Made by a program: the position numbers and the translations under genes
Source: Patescibacteria group bacterium
GTDB lineage: Bacteria; Patescibacteriota; Minisyncoccia; Phycocordibacterales; JAKAEA01
DNA length: 64,000 bases
Assembly (NCBI GenBank): GCA_040387855.1
Contig: JAZKCY010000001.1
Location: 782,922-846,921 of the forward strand
Direction: 5' to 3'
Notes under the pieces: model-generated
Told to the model about the DNA's origin: nothing
Databases searched by the model: none
The model's input: the letters and a program-made list of their open reading frames with translations, nothing else
Shown: positions 12,370 to 22,004 of the stretch, piece by piece
Layout of the letters: every line of letters starts with the position of its first letter
Numbering within the stretch: the first letter of the stretch is position 1

Positions 12370-12538
12370 GAATATATCATAACAGACCTGCTGCTGGGTC
12401 TGCTATTGACGAAGTCAACGTTATATAATCTAGTTTTAAAGACTGTAATAAAGTAGTCTGACAACGTCGTACATATATAGATAGTTGATCTAATCATCAA
12501 CTAAAATTAATTAAGTGCTGAACTTAAATAAATTTATT

Positions 12539-12790
12539 ATGACAACATTTTTTGCAACTGAAGATCGAGGATTCGCAAGTATGAATCCTGAGAAGCAGCG
12601 CGAAATCGCTTCACGAGGAGGCAAAGCAGCACATCAAGCTGGTACTGCCCATGAATTCACATCTGAAGAAGCACGAGCTGCTGGCCGCAAAGGTGGTCAA
12701 GCCGTAAGCCGAAATCGAGAACACATGGCAGCTATTGGCCGCAAGGGTGGAGAAAATTCACACAGCGGACGTGGCGAATCAACCGCGTAA
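12539..12790 (+). CDS. KGG-repeat general stress protein (GsiB/YciG/Con-10-like)
   Basis: RGFASMNPEKQREIASRGG, HEFTSEEARAAGRKGG, HMAAIGRKGG. Confidence 0.9.
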   Translation: MTTFFATEDRGFASMNPEKQREIASRGGKAAHQAGTAHEFTSEEARAAGRKGGQAVSRNREHMAAIGRKGGENSHSGRGESTA

Positions 12791-12808
12791 CATCATGTTT
12801 TTCATGAA

Positions 12809-12848
12809 CTAAAAAATCCCCTTCGACTATGGTCAGGGGATTTTTTAG
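12809..12848. terminator. Bidirectional intrinsic terminator between the KGG gene and glmS
   Basis: ctaaaaaatcccc...ggggattttttag inverted repeat between convergent genes. Confidence 0.85.
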
Positions 12849-12851
12849 TGT

Positions 12852-14672
12852 TTATTCAACTGTTACAGATTTTGCTAAATTACGAGGCCGATCCACATTT
12901 AACTCTTTTGCTTTTGCTATGTAATACGCAAACAGCTGTAATGGTACTATAGAAAGAATTGGCGAAACTATTTCATGAGCTTTTGGCACAAAAAAGATAT
13001 CTTGCACGAGAGTTGCCAGTTTTTGATTTCCTTCAGTTGCAATAGCAAGCACTCTCCCCTTTCGTGCTCGTATTTCCTGAACATTAGAAATCATTTTTTC
13101 ATACACACTATCATCAAGGCAAATCGCTAATGTTGGGAAATTTTCATCAATCATAGCAAGTGGCCCATGCTTCATTTCTCCTGCTCCATATCCTTCTGCA
13201 TGAATGTATGAAACTTCTTTCAACTTAAGTGCACCTTCAAGGGCAATCGGAAACTGAAGTTTTCTACCAACGTACAAAAAGTCCCTATGACTACTATATG
13301 TTTCAGCAAGCTTTTCAAGCTTTGAATGATCCTTCAAAATCTGCGCAATTTTATCTGGAAGGTTTTGCAGCTCTTTTACTATTTCCATACCCTGCTCAAG
13401 AGACATAGTACGCATTCGTCCAATATAAAGTGTAAGTAAAATTAATGCAGTGAGCTGAGAAATGAATGCTTTTGTTGAAGCCACTCCAATCTCTGGGCCT
13501 GCATGATTGTAGACTCCGGCATCTGTTTCTCGTGCAATAGTAGATCCAACAGTATTTACAATTCCCAGAGTAAGCGCACCTTGTCGTTTTGCTTCACGAA
13601 TTGCTTCTAACGTATCTGCGGTTTCACCAGATTGTGATACAGCAATAAGTACAGTACCCGGCTCTATGTGCGGATGCCGGTATCTAAATTCTGAACCCAC
13701 TTCTACTTCCACAGGAATTCCTGCATATTCTTCAAGCATATATTCACCTACAAGACCTGCATAATATGCAGTACCACATCCTACAATAATAATTCTTTTT
13801 ATAGATTTTAGTTCATGTTGCACAGACTCAAGGCCACCAAGCTTTGCTGTGCCTTGATCAAGAAGCAATCGTCCTCGAAGGGTATTCTTCACAACTTCAG
13901 GACCTTCCATAATTTCTTTCAACATGAAATGCTCGTAACCATTTTTCTGAATTTCTTCTACTGCCCACTCAATAGTTTCTAGATTTCTCTCCACACTGTT
14001 TTGTTCTAATGTGCAGATGCTATACATATCAGGAGTAAGTACGGCCACTTCCCCATCCTGCAAATAAAGCACTCGTTTAGTATGCTTTAAAATTGGTGAT
14101 GGATCTGATGCTACAAAGTATTCTTTATCTCCCACTCCAAGTACGACGGGTGCTCCCATTCGCGCAGCAATAATCATCTCAGGATGTGCTTCTGAAGCCA
14201 CCGTAAGACCATAGGTGCCCTTAATATCATTGAGTGCGTTTATCACAGCCTTTGTAAAATCTTTTTCGCTACGGGCATGTTCTTCAATAAGGTGGGCTAT
14301 AACTTCTGTATCAGTTTCAGATAGAAACGTATGTCCTTTTTTACTAAGATGTGCTTTTAATTCTTGAAAATTCTCAACGATACCATTGTGTACCACCCAA
14401 ATTTTTGAATCGCAATCATGATGAGGATGCGCATTTATTTTAGTAGGCTCACCATGTGTCGCCCATCGCAAATGTGCAATACCACTAGTCCCAGTAAAAT
14501 CCTTAGTAATTTTTGCTCTCAAATTTTCAACAGCACCTACTGATTTTATTGCTCCAGCTGTTGGAATATAAATACCAGCAGAATCATATCCTCGATATTC
14601 TAAAGAAGTTAATCCATCAACAAGAATTGGTAGAGCTTGTTGTTTTCCTGTGTACGCGTATATTCCACACAT
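12852..14672 (-). CDS. glmS: Glutamine--fructose-6-phosphate aminotransferase
   Basis: MCGI start, LEYRGYDSAG, RWATHG, SQSGET, PRNLAKSVTVE. Confidence 0.98.
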   Translation of the reverse strand: MCGIYAYTGKQQALPILVDGLTSLEYRGYDSAGIYIPTAGAIKSVGAVENLRAKITKDFTGTSGIAHLRWATHGEPTKINAHPHHDCDSKIWVVHNGIVENFQELKAHLSKKGHTFLSETDTEVIAHLIEEHARSEKDFTKAVINALNDIKGTYGLTVASEAHPEMIIAARMGAPVVLGVGDKEYFVASDPSPILKHTKRVLYLQDGEVAVLTPDMYSICTLEQNSVERNLETIEWAVEEIQKNGYEHFMLKEIMEGPEVVKNTLRGRLLLDQGTAKLGGLESVQHELKSIKRIIIVGCGTAYYAGLVGEYMLEEYAGIPVEVEVGSEFRYRHPHIEPGTVLIAVSQSGETADTLEAIREAKRQGALTLGIVNTVGSTIARETDAGVYNHAGPEIGVASTKAFISQLTALILLTLYIGRMRTMSLEQGMEIVKELQNLPDKIAQILKDHSKLEKLAETYSSHRDFLYVGRKLQFPIALEGALKLKEVSYIHAEGYGAGEMKHGPLAMIDENFPTLAICLDDSVYEKMISNVQEIRARKGRVLAIATEGNQKLATLVQDIFFVPKAHEIVSPILSIVPLQLFAYYIAKAKELNVDRPRNLAKSVTVE

Positions 14673-14673
14673 G

Positions 14674-15003
14674 TTATTGGTAGTTAAAGATAAAGATATT
14701 TCTGATGCGACGTACGGTATCGTATACCATGGCACTAGCCCCAGCAAGCACAAGCAGAGATAATGCTTGGACTATTACTTGTGTGTGCGTAAAAGCTCCA
14801 ATAATAAATTTCCCGAAATCGACAATATTTGTAACACTTAAAGCATTTTGTAAAACATTTTGAAGAGAGACAAAAAACGCAACAGACATAATGAGTGCAG
14901 ATACAATTGCGAGTTCTATAATGAGCGGCCGTGCGACAGTCTTTAAGATATAGACCATATACACTCTGCGCATAATATTCTTTTTAATATAATTATTCTG
15001 CAT
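14674..15003 (-). CDS. Small membrane protein downstream of ECF sigma (putative anti-sigma/partner)
   Basis: Two TM segments; start overlaps the end of the sigma gene. Confidence 0.6.
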   Translation of the reverse strand: MQNNYIKKNIMRRVYMVYILKTVARPLIIELAIVSALIMSVAFFVSLQNVLQNALSVTNIVDFGKFIIGAFTHTQVIVQALSLLVLAGASAMVYDTVRRIRNIFIFNYQ

Positions 15004-15547
15004 ATAATTTTGATACTTTTTTAAACTCATTTTTTGCTCGGTGTATTCGTGTGCGAATTGCACCTTCACTTACCTTTTCTTCTACTGCTATATCTTCATA
15101 GCTTTTACCCTGCACAATATTAAGTGTGAGAATTCTACCCAACGCCTGAGGAATTTTCGAAATGACCATAAGCACTCGATCGAGGTCCATCTTCTTTTCA
15201 AATTCATCCTGGGCACTAAATAAATCAAGATCCTCACCTGCCATACTATTTAAAAACTGCTTTTCTCTTTTTTGCTTGAGACAATGCGTGTAGCATGTAT
15301 TGAGCAAAATTTTGTATGCCCATGATTTAAAGCTCGCGCCTTCCATGACTTTAAACTTCTTGGCATTTATATAGATCTTCACAAAGGCCTCCTGGACGAT
15401 GTCCTCAGCCTCTACTTTGTTCTTGAGCATAAAGGTCACCTTTGCCAAGAACTCTTTCTGGTAGCGGTTTACAAGCACACCAAAAGCCGATGGATGGTCA
15501 ATCGACAACGCAAGCCATTCTGCATCTGTTTTTAGTGGCGGTTCCAT
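14993..15547 (-). CDS. ECF-type RNA polymerase sigma factor
   Basis: AEDIVQEAFVK, FKSWAYKI (region 2); SYEDIA...GAIRTRIHRAK (region 4). Confidence 0.93.
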   Translation of the reverse strand: MEPPLKTDAEWLALSIDHPSAFGVLVNRYQKEFLAKVTFMLKNKVEAEDIVQEAFVKIYINAKKFKVMEGASFKSWAYKILLNTCYTHCLKQKREKQFLNSMAGEDLDLFSAQDEFEKKMDLDRVLMVISKIPQALGRILTLNIVQGKSYEDIAVEEKVSEGAIRTRIHRAKNEFKKVSKLYAE

Positions 15548-15635
15548 GTCTGTATATCTAGTATAACTCTGATTAATGGGAATATGTTACAGGTATATAA
15601 AAAAGCCATGGTTTTGTCCACCATGGCTTACTAAC

Positions 15636-16502
15636 CTACTTGAAGAGTTTGGCGAAGGTCTTCGGCTTCATGCCGTAGTTGAACCCTGGCTTTTTCAGCT
15701 GCAATCGCCCACACCTTTCCTTGTCGTACTTTGGTGTGTTCTTCAACTGCACGAAGCATACTGCAGAGTAGCGGCCGGTTTTTGCTGTTTTCTTTGTAGC
15801 AACAACTCGGTGCGCAAGTGCTGTAAGCTTCCCTTCTGATCGCAGCTGCAACTGCATTGCAGGAATGATGACAGTTGTGCCTTTGTGCACTGGCATATCC
15901 ATCCACTCCGGCTCTGCAGTCTCATGATCTTCCCACAAGCACTGGAGTCCGGGGGCACTTTCAAAAAGGTGCAAGGTGAAGCCACTCTGATCCACATGAG
16001 CCGTGGCAGTTGGATCGCCTGGTTTTACAGCGTCTTCATCCGTTCTCTCATCAGGTAAATAATGAATGAACCGAACGAAAAACTTCGCCTCGCTTGCATC
16101 CACCTCTTCAGCGAATCCTGAGATTCCATACTGCTCCTCCACAGCATCTGCAAATCTCATAATGAGAGGCTTCATGAGACGCACGAGCTGAACCGAGTCA
16201 GTGACAAAGTCGAGTGTTCCCGAATCTCGGAGAAGTTCGGTGCGATCGCGAAGCCAGTCTTGGCCAGCAATCGTTACATCGAAGTTCTCCTTCCGATCAT
16301 CTGTGAGTCCTTCCCCCGGCTTAAACTCGTATCCCACTCCATCAGCACCATTGCTGTATGGAAGACTCATCTTCACATCCAACGGCAAGTCACAGAATCC
16401 CTTCCATGACTCCATTGCCTTCACCACAGCTTCTCGCAAAACTTTGGGATACGTGAGCTTCACAAACCCAGTCCTACCAAAGTTAACGTCTACCTTCTTC
16501 AT
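15636..16502 (-). CDS. 2-oxoglutarate/Fe(II) dioxygenase (IPNS-like family)
   Basis: HVD...HRV facial triad, RYS, PGLQ; AAGGAG SD; hairpin terminator at 15603-15629. Confidence 0.85.
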   Translation of the reverse strand: MKKVDVNFGRTGFVKLTYPKVLREAVVKAMESWKGFCDLPLDVKMSLPYSNGADGVGYEFKPGEGLTDDRKENFDVTIAGQDWLRDRTELLRDSGTLDFVTDSVQLVRLMKPLIMRFADAVEEQYGISGFAEEVDASEAKFFVRFIHYLPDERTDEDAVKPGDPTATAHVDQSGFTLHLFESAPGLQCLWEDHETAEPEWMDMPVHKGTTVIIPAMQLQLRSEGKLTALAHRVVATKKTAKTGRYSAVCFVQLKNTPKYDKERCGRLQLKKPGFNYGMKPKTFAKLFK

Positions 16503-16617
16503 ATGCTCCTTTCGGTTAGCGAATAAATCGAACAACCTTGCTCGAGCATAAGAAAATATGAAATATAAAAAAAGCGAGGATGTCCTCGGTAGAAATACCG
16601 CCTATTAAACGGTGATT

Positions 16618-17334
16618 TTACTCGTCAGTTTTAATTACTTCTGTATAGAAAAATGGCAAGGTTTTAATCGAACCATCTTTAATTGCTTCTAATACTTTAG
16701 TTATAGAATCAATGCAGTCATATGAATCAGACAACTGATGTTTGAGAGATTCATCAATTGAAAGCCACATATTTTCACCAAATTCTGTATTAGTTAATTC
16801 TCCGGAGTATGAATCTGCATATGCTATTGGAAATACGACATCAGAAAAGAGATCGCCTTCCTTATACATAATTCTGCGTTCAGATGCTACTGTTTTAAAT
16901 TCTGCCTCAAGACCTGTTTCTGCTTTTAATTTTCGAGTAGCAGCTGCTTCCATAAGTTCGCCTTTTAGTACGACTCCTCCCATCACACCAATTTTTCCAT
17001 ATGAAGGATTTGATTTTCGAAGTTGATTTAAAATTTCAAGCTTTCCATCTACAACTCTTGAAACAATAGTAATAACATTTATCTTAAAAAGACTTGTAAT
17101 AGAATTAAAAGTAGCTACAGGAATCGGATCTGCAACATGTTTAATACCTGTATCAGATAATGAGTACCCTTCTTCTGATTTTAAGAGCAGACCTTTCTTT
17201 ACTAAAAACTGTAGATGATAATTGAATAAATCATTTGGAATAGAATGATCTTGTAGTTCACTATACCTAAGTGATTTGGCATTCTTTAACTTCGAAAGGA
17301 TGTTATTTTGAATGGGAGAAAATTGAGTTGTCAT
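16618..17334 (-). CDS. Winged-HTH + Nudix-like protein
   Basis: LFNYHLQFLVKKG wHTH; degenerate Nudix box GGVVLKGELMEAAATRKLKAETG. Confidence 0.75.
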   Translation of the reverse strand: MTTQFSPIQNNILSKLKNAKSLRYSELQDHSIPNDLFNYHLQFLVKKGLLLKSEEGYSLSDTGIKHVADPIPVATFNSITSLFKINVITIVSRVVDGKLEILNQLRKSNPSYGKIGVMGGVVLKGELMEAAATRKLKAETGLEAEFKTVASERRIMYKEGDLFSDVVFPIAYADSYSGELTNTEFGENMWLSIDESLKHQLSDSYDCIDSITKVLEAIKDGSIKTLPFFYTEVIKTDE

Positions 17335-17341
17335 AGTGTAA

Positions 17342-17929
17342 TTAACCAAAATACTCTTTCTCGTTTTTCCTAACGATCTCATTAAGTTCATCAAAATACT
17401 TTTTGAGAAGTGGTGACTTTGCTATTTTTGATGATTTCTTCTCAATAATGTCTTCTAGAGTCATTTTGTTTTTTCGCCAAGAATATCCTCTATCAAGATA
17501 TGTTACAAAATATGGGAGTAATTTATCAAGACAATATACAAAGACACTTTCTTCATCTTGTCTTTTTTCATACTGAGAAATTTTTTCCCACATGTCAGGA
17601 GATTCTGAGAATGTAAGCTTAATTTGTTCCAGAGCATTTGCTTCCCTTTCCTCCTTTGACTCAAAATACTCCTGGGTTGAGTTAAACACAGGAGTATCAC
17701 CTGAATAGACTTCAATTAAATCATGTACGAGGGCATACATTACAACTTTTTGAATATCGAGATCTAGTTTGTGACTAGAAATAATATACCAAGCAACCAC
17801 AGCAAGCTGAAAACAATGTTCAGAATCATTCTCACCTCTTTTCTCATGCAAAAGATGAACCCCTCGTTCTATCCTCCTAAATTCATTAGTAAATTCAACA
17901 AACTTTAAGATATTCTGGAGATTGCTCAT
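17342..17929 (-). CDS. HD-domain phosphohydrolase (HD_3/YfbR-like)
   Basis: ENDSEH, VHDLIEVYSGD, DKL. Confidence 0.88.
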   Translation of the reverse strand: MSNLQNILKFVEFTNEFRRIERGVHLLHEKRGENDSEHCFQLAVVAWYIISSHKLDLDIQKVVMYALVHDLIEVYSGDTPVFNSTQEYFESKEEREANALEQIKLTFSESPDMWEKISQYEKRQDEESVFVYCLDKLLPYFVTYLDRGYSWRKNKMTLEDIIEKKSSKIAKSPLLKKYFDELNEIVRKNEKEYFG

Positions 17930-17940
17930 GGAATGCTAGA

Positions 17941-20475
17941 TTATTTCTTCTCTACCCATCCTTCCTTTAGATACTGTTGGAGTTTTTTGAATTTGATTTC
18001 TTTCTCTTCACCATTCTTAGTTACAACAACTCGTTCGTTGCGGCCTTTTTCATCATCTGAGCCAGTCATAACAACAGCTCCTGATGTACCTGCGGTGACA
18101 GAAATATCAGATCCTCCAATGAGTTGTGCTTGTCGCTGAACTTCTCGAAGTTTTTGTTCTTCTGCCTGAAATGCACCTGCTCCAATAGTTGGAAGCAATG
18201 ACATTACTTGGTCATTAATAGCAATTTCCATATCTTTAAAAATTCGCAACCCATCTCGCTTGTATTCAATAAGCGGATCTCGCTGGCCGTATGCTCGAAG
18301 ATTTACTGATGAACGGAGGTATTCCATTGCTTCAAGGTGATCGATCCAATAAAGATCGATAGTCTGGAGCAATAATCGTCGCACGGTTCGGTAAAACTCT
18401 TCTTCTCCAAGAAGACTTTTCTTTTCTTCAATAAGCTTTTTAGTTTCTTCGTTTGCGTTTTCGAAGGTAAGGATTTCTTCAACGAGAGCTTTGAGATCTT
18501 CACCTTGTCCAAGAACAACTTTTCGTCGGCGTTCATAGATAATCTTTCGTTGGTAGTTGAGAACATCATCGTATTCCAAAGTATGCTTTCGAGAATCAAA
18601 GTGGAATCCTTCGATCTTAGTTTGAGCTGTTTCAAGTGCTCGAGTAATAATTCGGTTTTGAATTGCTTCATCATCTGCGATGCCAAGTCGTCCAATGAGA
18701 CCCTTGATCATATCAGAAGCAAATACTCTCATGAGTGAATCTTCAAGAGACACAAAGAATTGAGTTGTTCCTGGATCTCCTTGTCGTCCAGAACGTCCTC
18801 GAAGCTGGTTGTCGATTCGTCGAGCTTCATGTCGCTCTGTACCAAGCACAAAGAGGCCACCAAGGCTTCGGATCTCATCTCGCTCAGCATCAGTAGCTTC
18901 TGGACCTCCAAGCTTAATGTCGACACCTCGGCCGGCCATGTTGGTAGCAATGGTTACTCCTCCTTTCTTTCCAGCAAGAGCAACAATCTCTCCTTCTTTT
19001 TCGTGATTCTTCGCATTCAATACTTGATGAGGAATTCCTTCTTTAGACAAAAACTGACTAAGAAGTTCGTTCTTCTCAATAGATACAGTACCCACAAGTA
19101 CAGGCTGACCAGTTTCATGAACTTTTTTAATTTCTCGAGCAACAGCAATAAACTTACCCATTTCTGTTTGGTAAATATTGTCTTGTCGATCAATTCGGGC
19201 AATTGGTTTGTTTGTAGGCACTTCAACTACATCAAGTCCGTATACTTTTCTAAATTCTTCTTTTGAAGTGAGCGCTGTACCAGTCATACCAGCAAGCTTC
19301 TTGTAGAGTCGGAAATAATTTTGGAATGTGATAGAAGCGTAGGTTCGAGTTTCTTTTTGTACAGCTACACCTTCTTTAGCCTCCATAGCCTGATGAAGAC
19401 CATCAGACCATCGTCGTCCTGGCTGCATTCGTCCGGTAAATTCATCAACGATGATAACCTCTCCGTCACGAACAACATATTCTTTTTCTCGTTTAAAGAG
19501 AGCTTGAGCACGCACTGCTGTTTCTAGATGGTGAACATACTTAACTCCCTTCTCAGTATAAATATTATCAACACCTAAAAGCTGCTCTGCTTTTGAGATT
19601 CCATCATCAGTAAGAGTTATAGCACGAAGCTTTTCATCAACTTCGTAATCACTTCCTTCTTTAAGCTTCTTTGCAATATCAGCAAATACTGCATAAAGAT
19701 TTTCTGATTCTACGGTTGGAGCAGAAATAATAAGTGGAGTTCGTGCTTCATCGATAAGAATAGAGTCAATTTCGTCGACAATAGCATAATTGAATTCTCG
19801 CTGACGAAGATTCTTTACATCGTATTCAATATTGTCTCGGAGATAATCAAATCCAAACTCATTGTTTGTTCCGTAGGTAATATCCGCCATATATGCTTCA
19901 TGTCGTGTAGATGGTCGGAGAAATTCGTAAGCAATCTTAAATGAAGCAACAGCTTCTTCTTCAGGAGTTTCTTTTTGTGTAGCATCGTACAAGAAAGAAG
20001 AATCGTGATTGATAACTCCCACACTCAATCCTAAGAATGCATGGATTTGTCCCATCCACACAGCATCTCGTCGTGAAAGGTAATCGTTCACAGTGACAAT
20101 ATGCACGCCTTTACCCGTAAGAGCATTGAGATATGTCGGTAGTGTAGCAACAAGAGTCTTTCCTTCTCCTGTTTTCATTTCAGCAATAGTCTTTTTGTGC
20201 AACAACATACCTCCAATGAGCTGAACATCAAAATGTCTTTGCCCCAAGGTTCGTCGTGATGCCTCTCGTACAACAGCAAAAGCTTCAGGTAAAATGTCAT
20301 CTAATGATTCGCCTTTAGCCAGTCGATCCTTAAATTCACCAGTCTTTGCCTTAAGTACCTCATCAGTAAGGGCTTTAATAGTTTCTTCTAAACCATTAAT
20401 CTTTTCTACTATCGGCATCAAGGGCTTTACCGCACGTGTATTTTCATCTCCGAAGAGGGTTTTTAATCCAAACAT
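17941..20475 (-). CDS. secA: Preprotein translocase SecA (no C-terminal Zn-finger)
   Basis: MKTGEGKT, DEIDSILIDEARTPL, TNMAGRG, RIDNQLRGRSGRQG. Confidence 0.98.
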   Translation of the reverse strand: MFGLKTLFGDENTRAVKPLMPIVEKINGLEETIKALTDEVLKAKTGEFKDRLAKGESLDDILPEAFAVVREASRRTLGQRHFDVQLIGGMLLHKKTIAEMKTGEGKTLVATLPTYLNALTGKGVHIVTVNDYLSRRDAVWMGQIHAFLGLSVGVINHDSSFLYDATQKETPEEEAVASFKIAYEFLRPSTRHEAYMADITYGTNNEFGFDYLRDNIEYDVKNLRQREFNYAIVDEIDSILIDEARTPLIISAPTVESENLYAVFADIAKKLKEGSDYEVDEKLRAITLTDDGISKAEQLLGVDNIYTEKGVKYVHHLETAVRAQALFKREKEYVVRDGEVIIVDEFTGRMQPGRRWSDGLHQAMEAKEGVAVQKETRTYASITFQNYFRLYKKLAGMTGTALTSKEEFRKVYGLDVVEVPTNKPIARIDRQDNIYQTEMGKFIAVAREIKKVHETGQPVLVGTVSIEKNELLSQFLSKEGIPHQVLNAKNHEKEGEIVALAGKKGGVTIATNMAGRGVDIKLGGPEATDAERDEIRSLGGLFVLGTERHEARRIDNQLRGRSGRQGDPGTTQFFVSLEDSLMRVFASDMIKGLIGRLGIADDEAIQNRIITRALETAQTKIEGFHFDSRKHTLEYDDVLNYQRKIIYERRRKVVLGQGEDLKALVEEILTFENANEETKKLIEEKKSLLGEEEFYRTVRRLLLQTIDLYWIDHLEAMEYLRSSVNLRAYGQRDPLIEYKRDGLRIFKDMEIAINDQVMSLLPTIGAGAFQAEEQKLREVQRQAQLIGGSDISVTAGTSGAVVMTGSDDEKGRNERVVVTKNGEEKEIKFKKLQQYLKEGWVEKK

Positions 20476-20505
20476 AGGCCTCATACTATCACAAAATAAG
20501 ACATA

Positions 20506-20543
20506 CAAAAACCCCTTCACCATTTTAGTGAGAGGGGCTTTTG
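20506..20543 (-). terminator. Intrinsic terminator of the Lys-rich small gene
   Basis: aaaaacccct-tcac...gtga-gaggggctttt hairpin. Confidence 0.7.
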
Positions 20544-20551
20544 CGAATAGA

Positions 20552-20641
20552 CTATGCTCGCTTAGCTGTCTTCTTCTTTGCTACTTTCTTAGTAGTCTTT
20601 TTTGCAACCTTCTTCTTTGTTGCCTTCTTTTTTGCTGCCAT
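20552..20641 (-). CDS. 29-aa lysine/alanine-rich histone-H1-like peptide
   Basis: MAAKKKATKKKVAKKTTKKVAKKKTAKRA*; followed by a terminator; below the ORF-track cutoff. Confidence 0.8.
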   Translation of the reverse strand: MAAKKKATKKKVAKKTTKKVAKKKTAKRA

Positions 20642-20965
20642 AATAGTATAAGATGTTATGAGTAATAAACTTTCACCATCATCATTCAAACAATTACCGA
20701 CTTTTATTTTTACAAAAATTATTTTTAAAATACTTTTTGTAAAATATTATTTAAAAAAATAATTGATGAATGAGTACATGAGTAATTATCATACACAAAA
20801 AATATTTTCACAATGATTTTTTTATTTATTTTGTGGATAACTTTTTTTATTTTTATTTATTTTTTTCAAAAAGTTTTGCAAAAATATTTTTCTAAATTAA
20901 TTATTTTATATTTTTATTAAAAAACTATTAATTTATTTTTATTTTTTAGTTTTTAAAAAACTTTT

Positions 20966-21988
20966 TTATATATACTGCACTTCTTTTTCTAAAACTATTT
21001 TTGTTTTTTCTTTTACACAAGCAATCATCTTTTCAGCAAGTTCTGCAACTTGATCTGCATTCCCACCTCCAAAATTAACAAGCACTAATGCTTGATTTTG
21101 ATACACTCCTACTTCCCCATCACGATAGCCTTTAAAGCCGCAAAGGTTATCTAAAATCCAAGCAGCTGGCACTTTAACAGTCTCAGTATCTAAGACGTAA
21201 TGTGGCATTGTAGGATAGAGTTCTAGCAAATCTTTATAGTGCTGAATTGGAACTATCGGGTTTTTAAAAAATGATCCCGCTGTTCCTATAAGCTTTACAT
21301 CAGGAAGTTTTTTAATTCGAATAGCTGTAATTATTTCACGAACTTTCTGTAATGTGAGATCAAATATATTGTTTGTAGCTATATAATCCTTTACATCTTT
21401 ATAATCAGTGCTTAATTTTCCATTTCTAGAAAGTAAAAATGCAACGCGAATGATTATATATTTTTTCCCTTCTGACTTTTTAAAATAACTATCACGATAT
21501 GCAAACTTGCATTGTTCATTAGTAAACTTTTCTAACTCATTTGATTCAGAATTAAAAACTTCAACCCAAGAAATAGTATCTTTCACTTCACTACCATATG
21601 CGCCAATATTTTGAACTGGTGTTGCTCCCACACTTCCAGGTATGTATGATAAATTTTCTAAACCAAATAAATTTTGATCAACAACAAAACCAACAAACGC
21701 GTCCCACTCTTCTCCAGCACCTGCAACAACTTCTACTTTTCCTTCACCCAATTCTTTAAGTTCTCTTCCCTTAATTACAATTTTAATTACAAGTCCTTCG
21801 AATCCTGAATCTGATACTAAAACGTTTGATCCTCCTCCAAGGATAAATATTTTAAGTTTTTTTTCTTTAGCAAAAGAAACTGCTTTTTGTAGTTCGTCTA
21901 TAGTAGAAACTTCAACAAAATATGTTGCGGCACCTCCAATATGAAAAGTTGTATGTTCTTTAAGCAGAATGTTTTCTTGAATTGTCAT
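20966..21988 (-). CDS. murB: UDP-N-acetylenolpyruvoylglucosamine reductase
   Basis: GGGSN, GLENLSYIPG, QNIGAYG, AGSFFKNP. Confidence 0.96.
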   Translation of the reverse strand: MTIQENILLKEHTTFHIGGAATYFVEVSTIDELQKAVSFAKEKKLKIFILGGGSNVLVSDSGFEGLVIKIVIKGRELKELGEGKVEVVAGAGEEWDAFVGFVVDQNLFGLENLSYIPGSVGATPVQNIGAYGSEVKDTISWVEVFNSESNELEKFTNEQCKFAYRDSYFKKSEGKKYIIIRVAFLLSRNGKLSTDYKDVKDYIATNNIFDLTLQKVREIITAIRIKKLPDVKLIGTAGSFFKNPIVPIQHYKDLLELYPTMPHYVLDTETVKVPAAWILDNLCGFKGYRDGEVGVYQNQALVLVNFGGGNADQVAELAEKMIACVKEKTKIVLEKEVQYI

Positions 21989-22004
21989 ATATTTACATGA
22001 TAGC

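Noticed and set aside
14673-14753. N-terminal extension of GlmS or a glmS ribozyme
   Set aside because: GlmS needs Cys at position 2 (MCGI at 14672), and the upstream sequence is coding for the preceding gene.
20700-20965. Replication origin (oriC)
   Set aside because: Only one perfect DnaA box, no dnaA/dnaN nearby, and no switch in gene orientation across it; kept only as an unusual AT tract.
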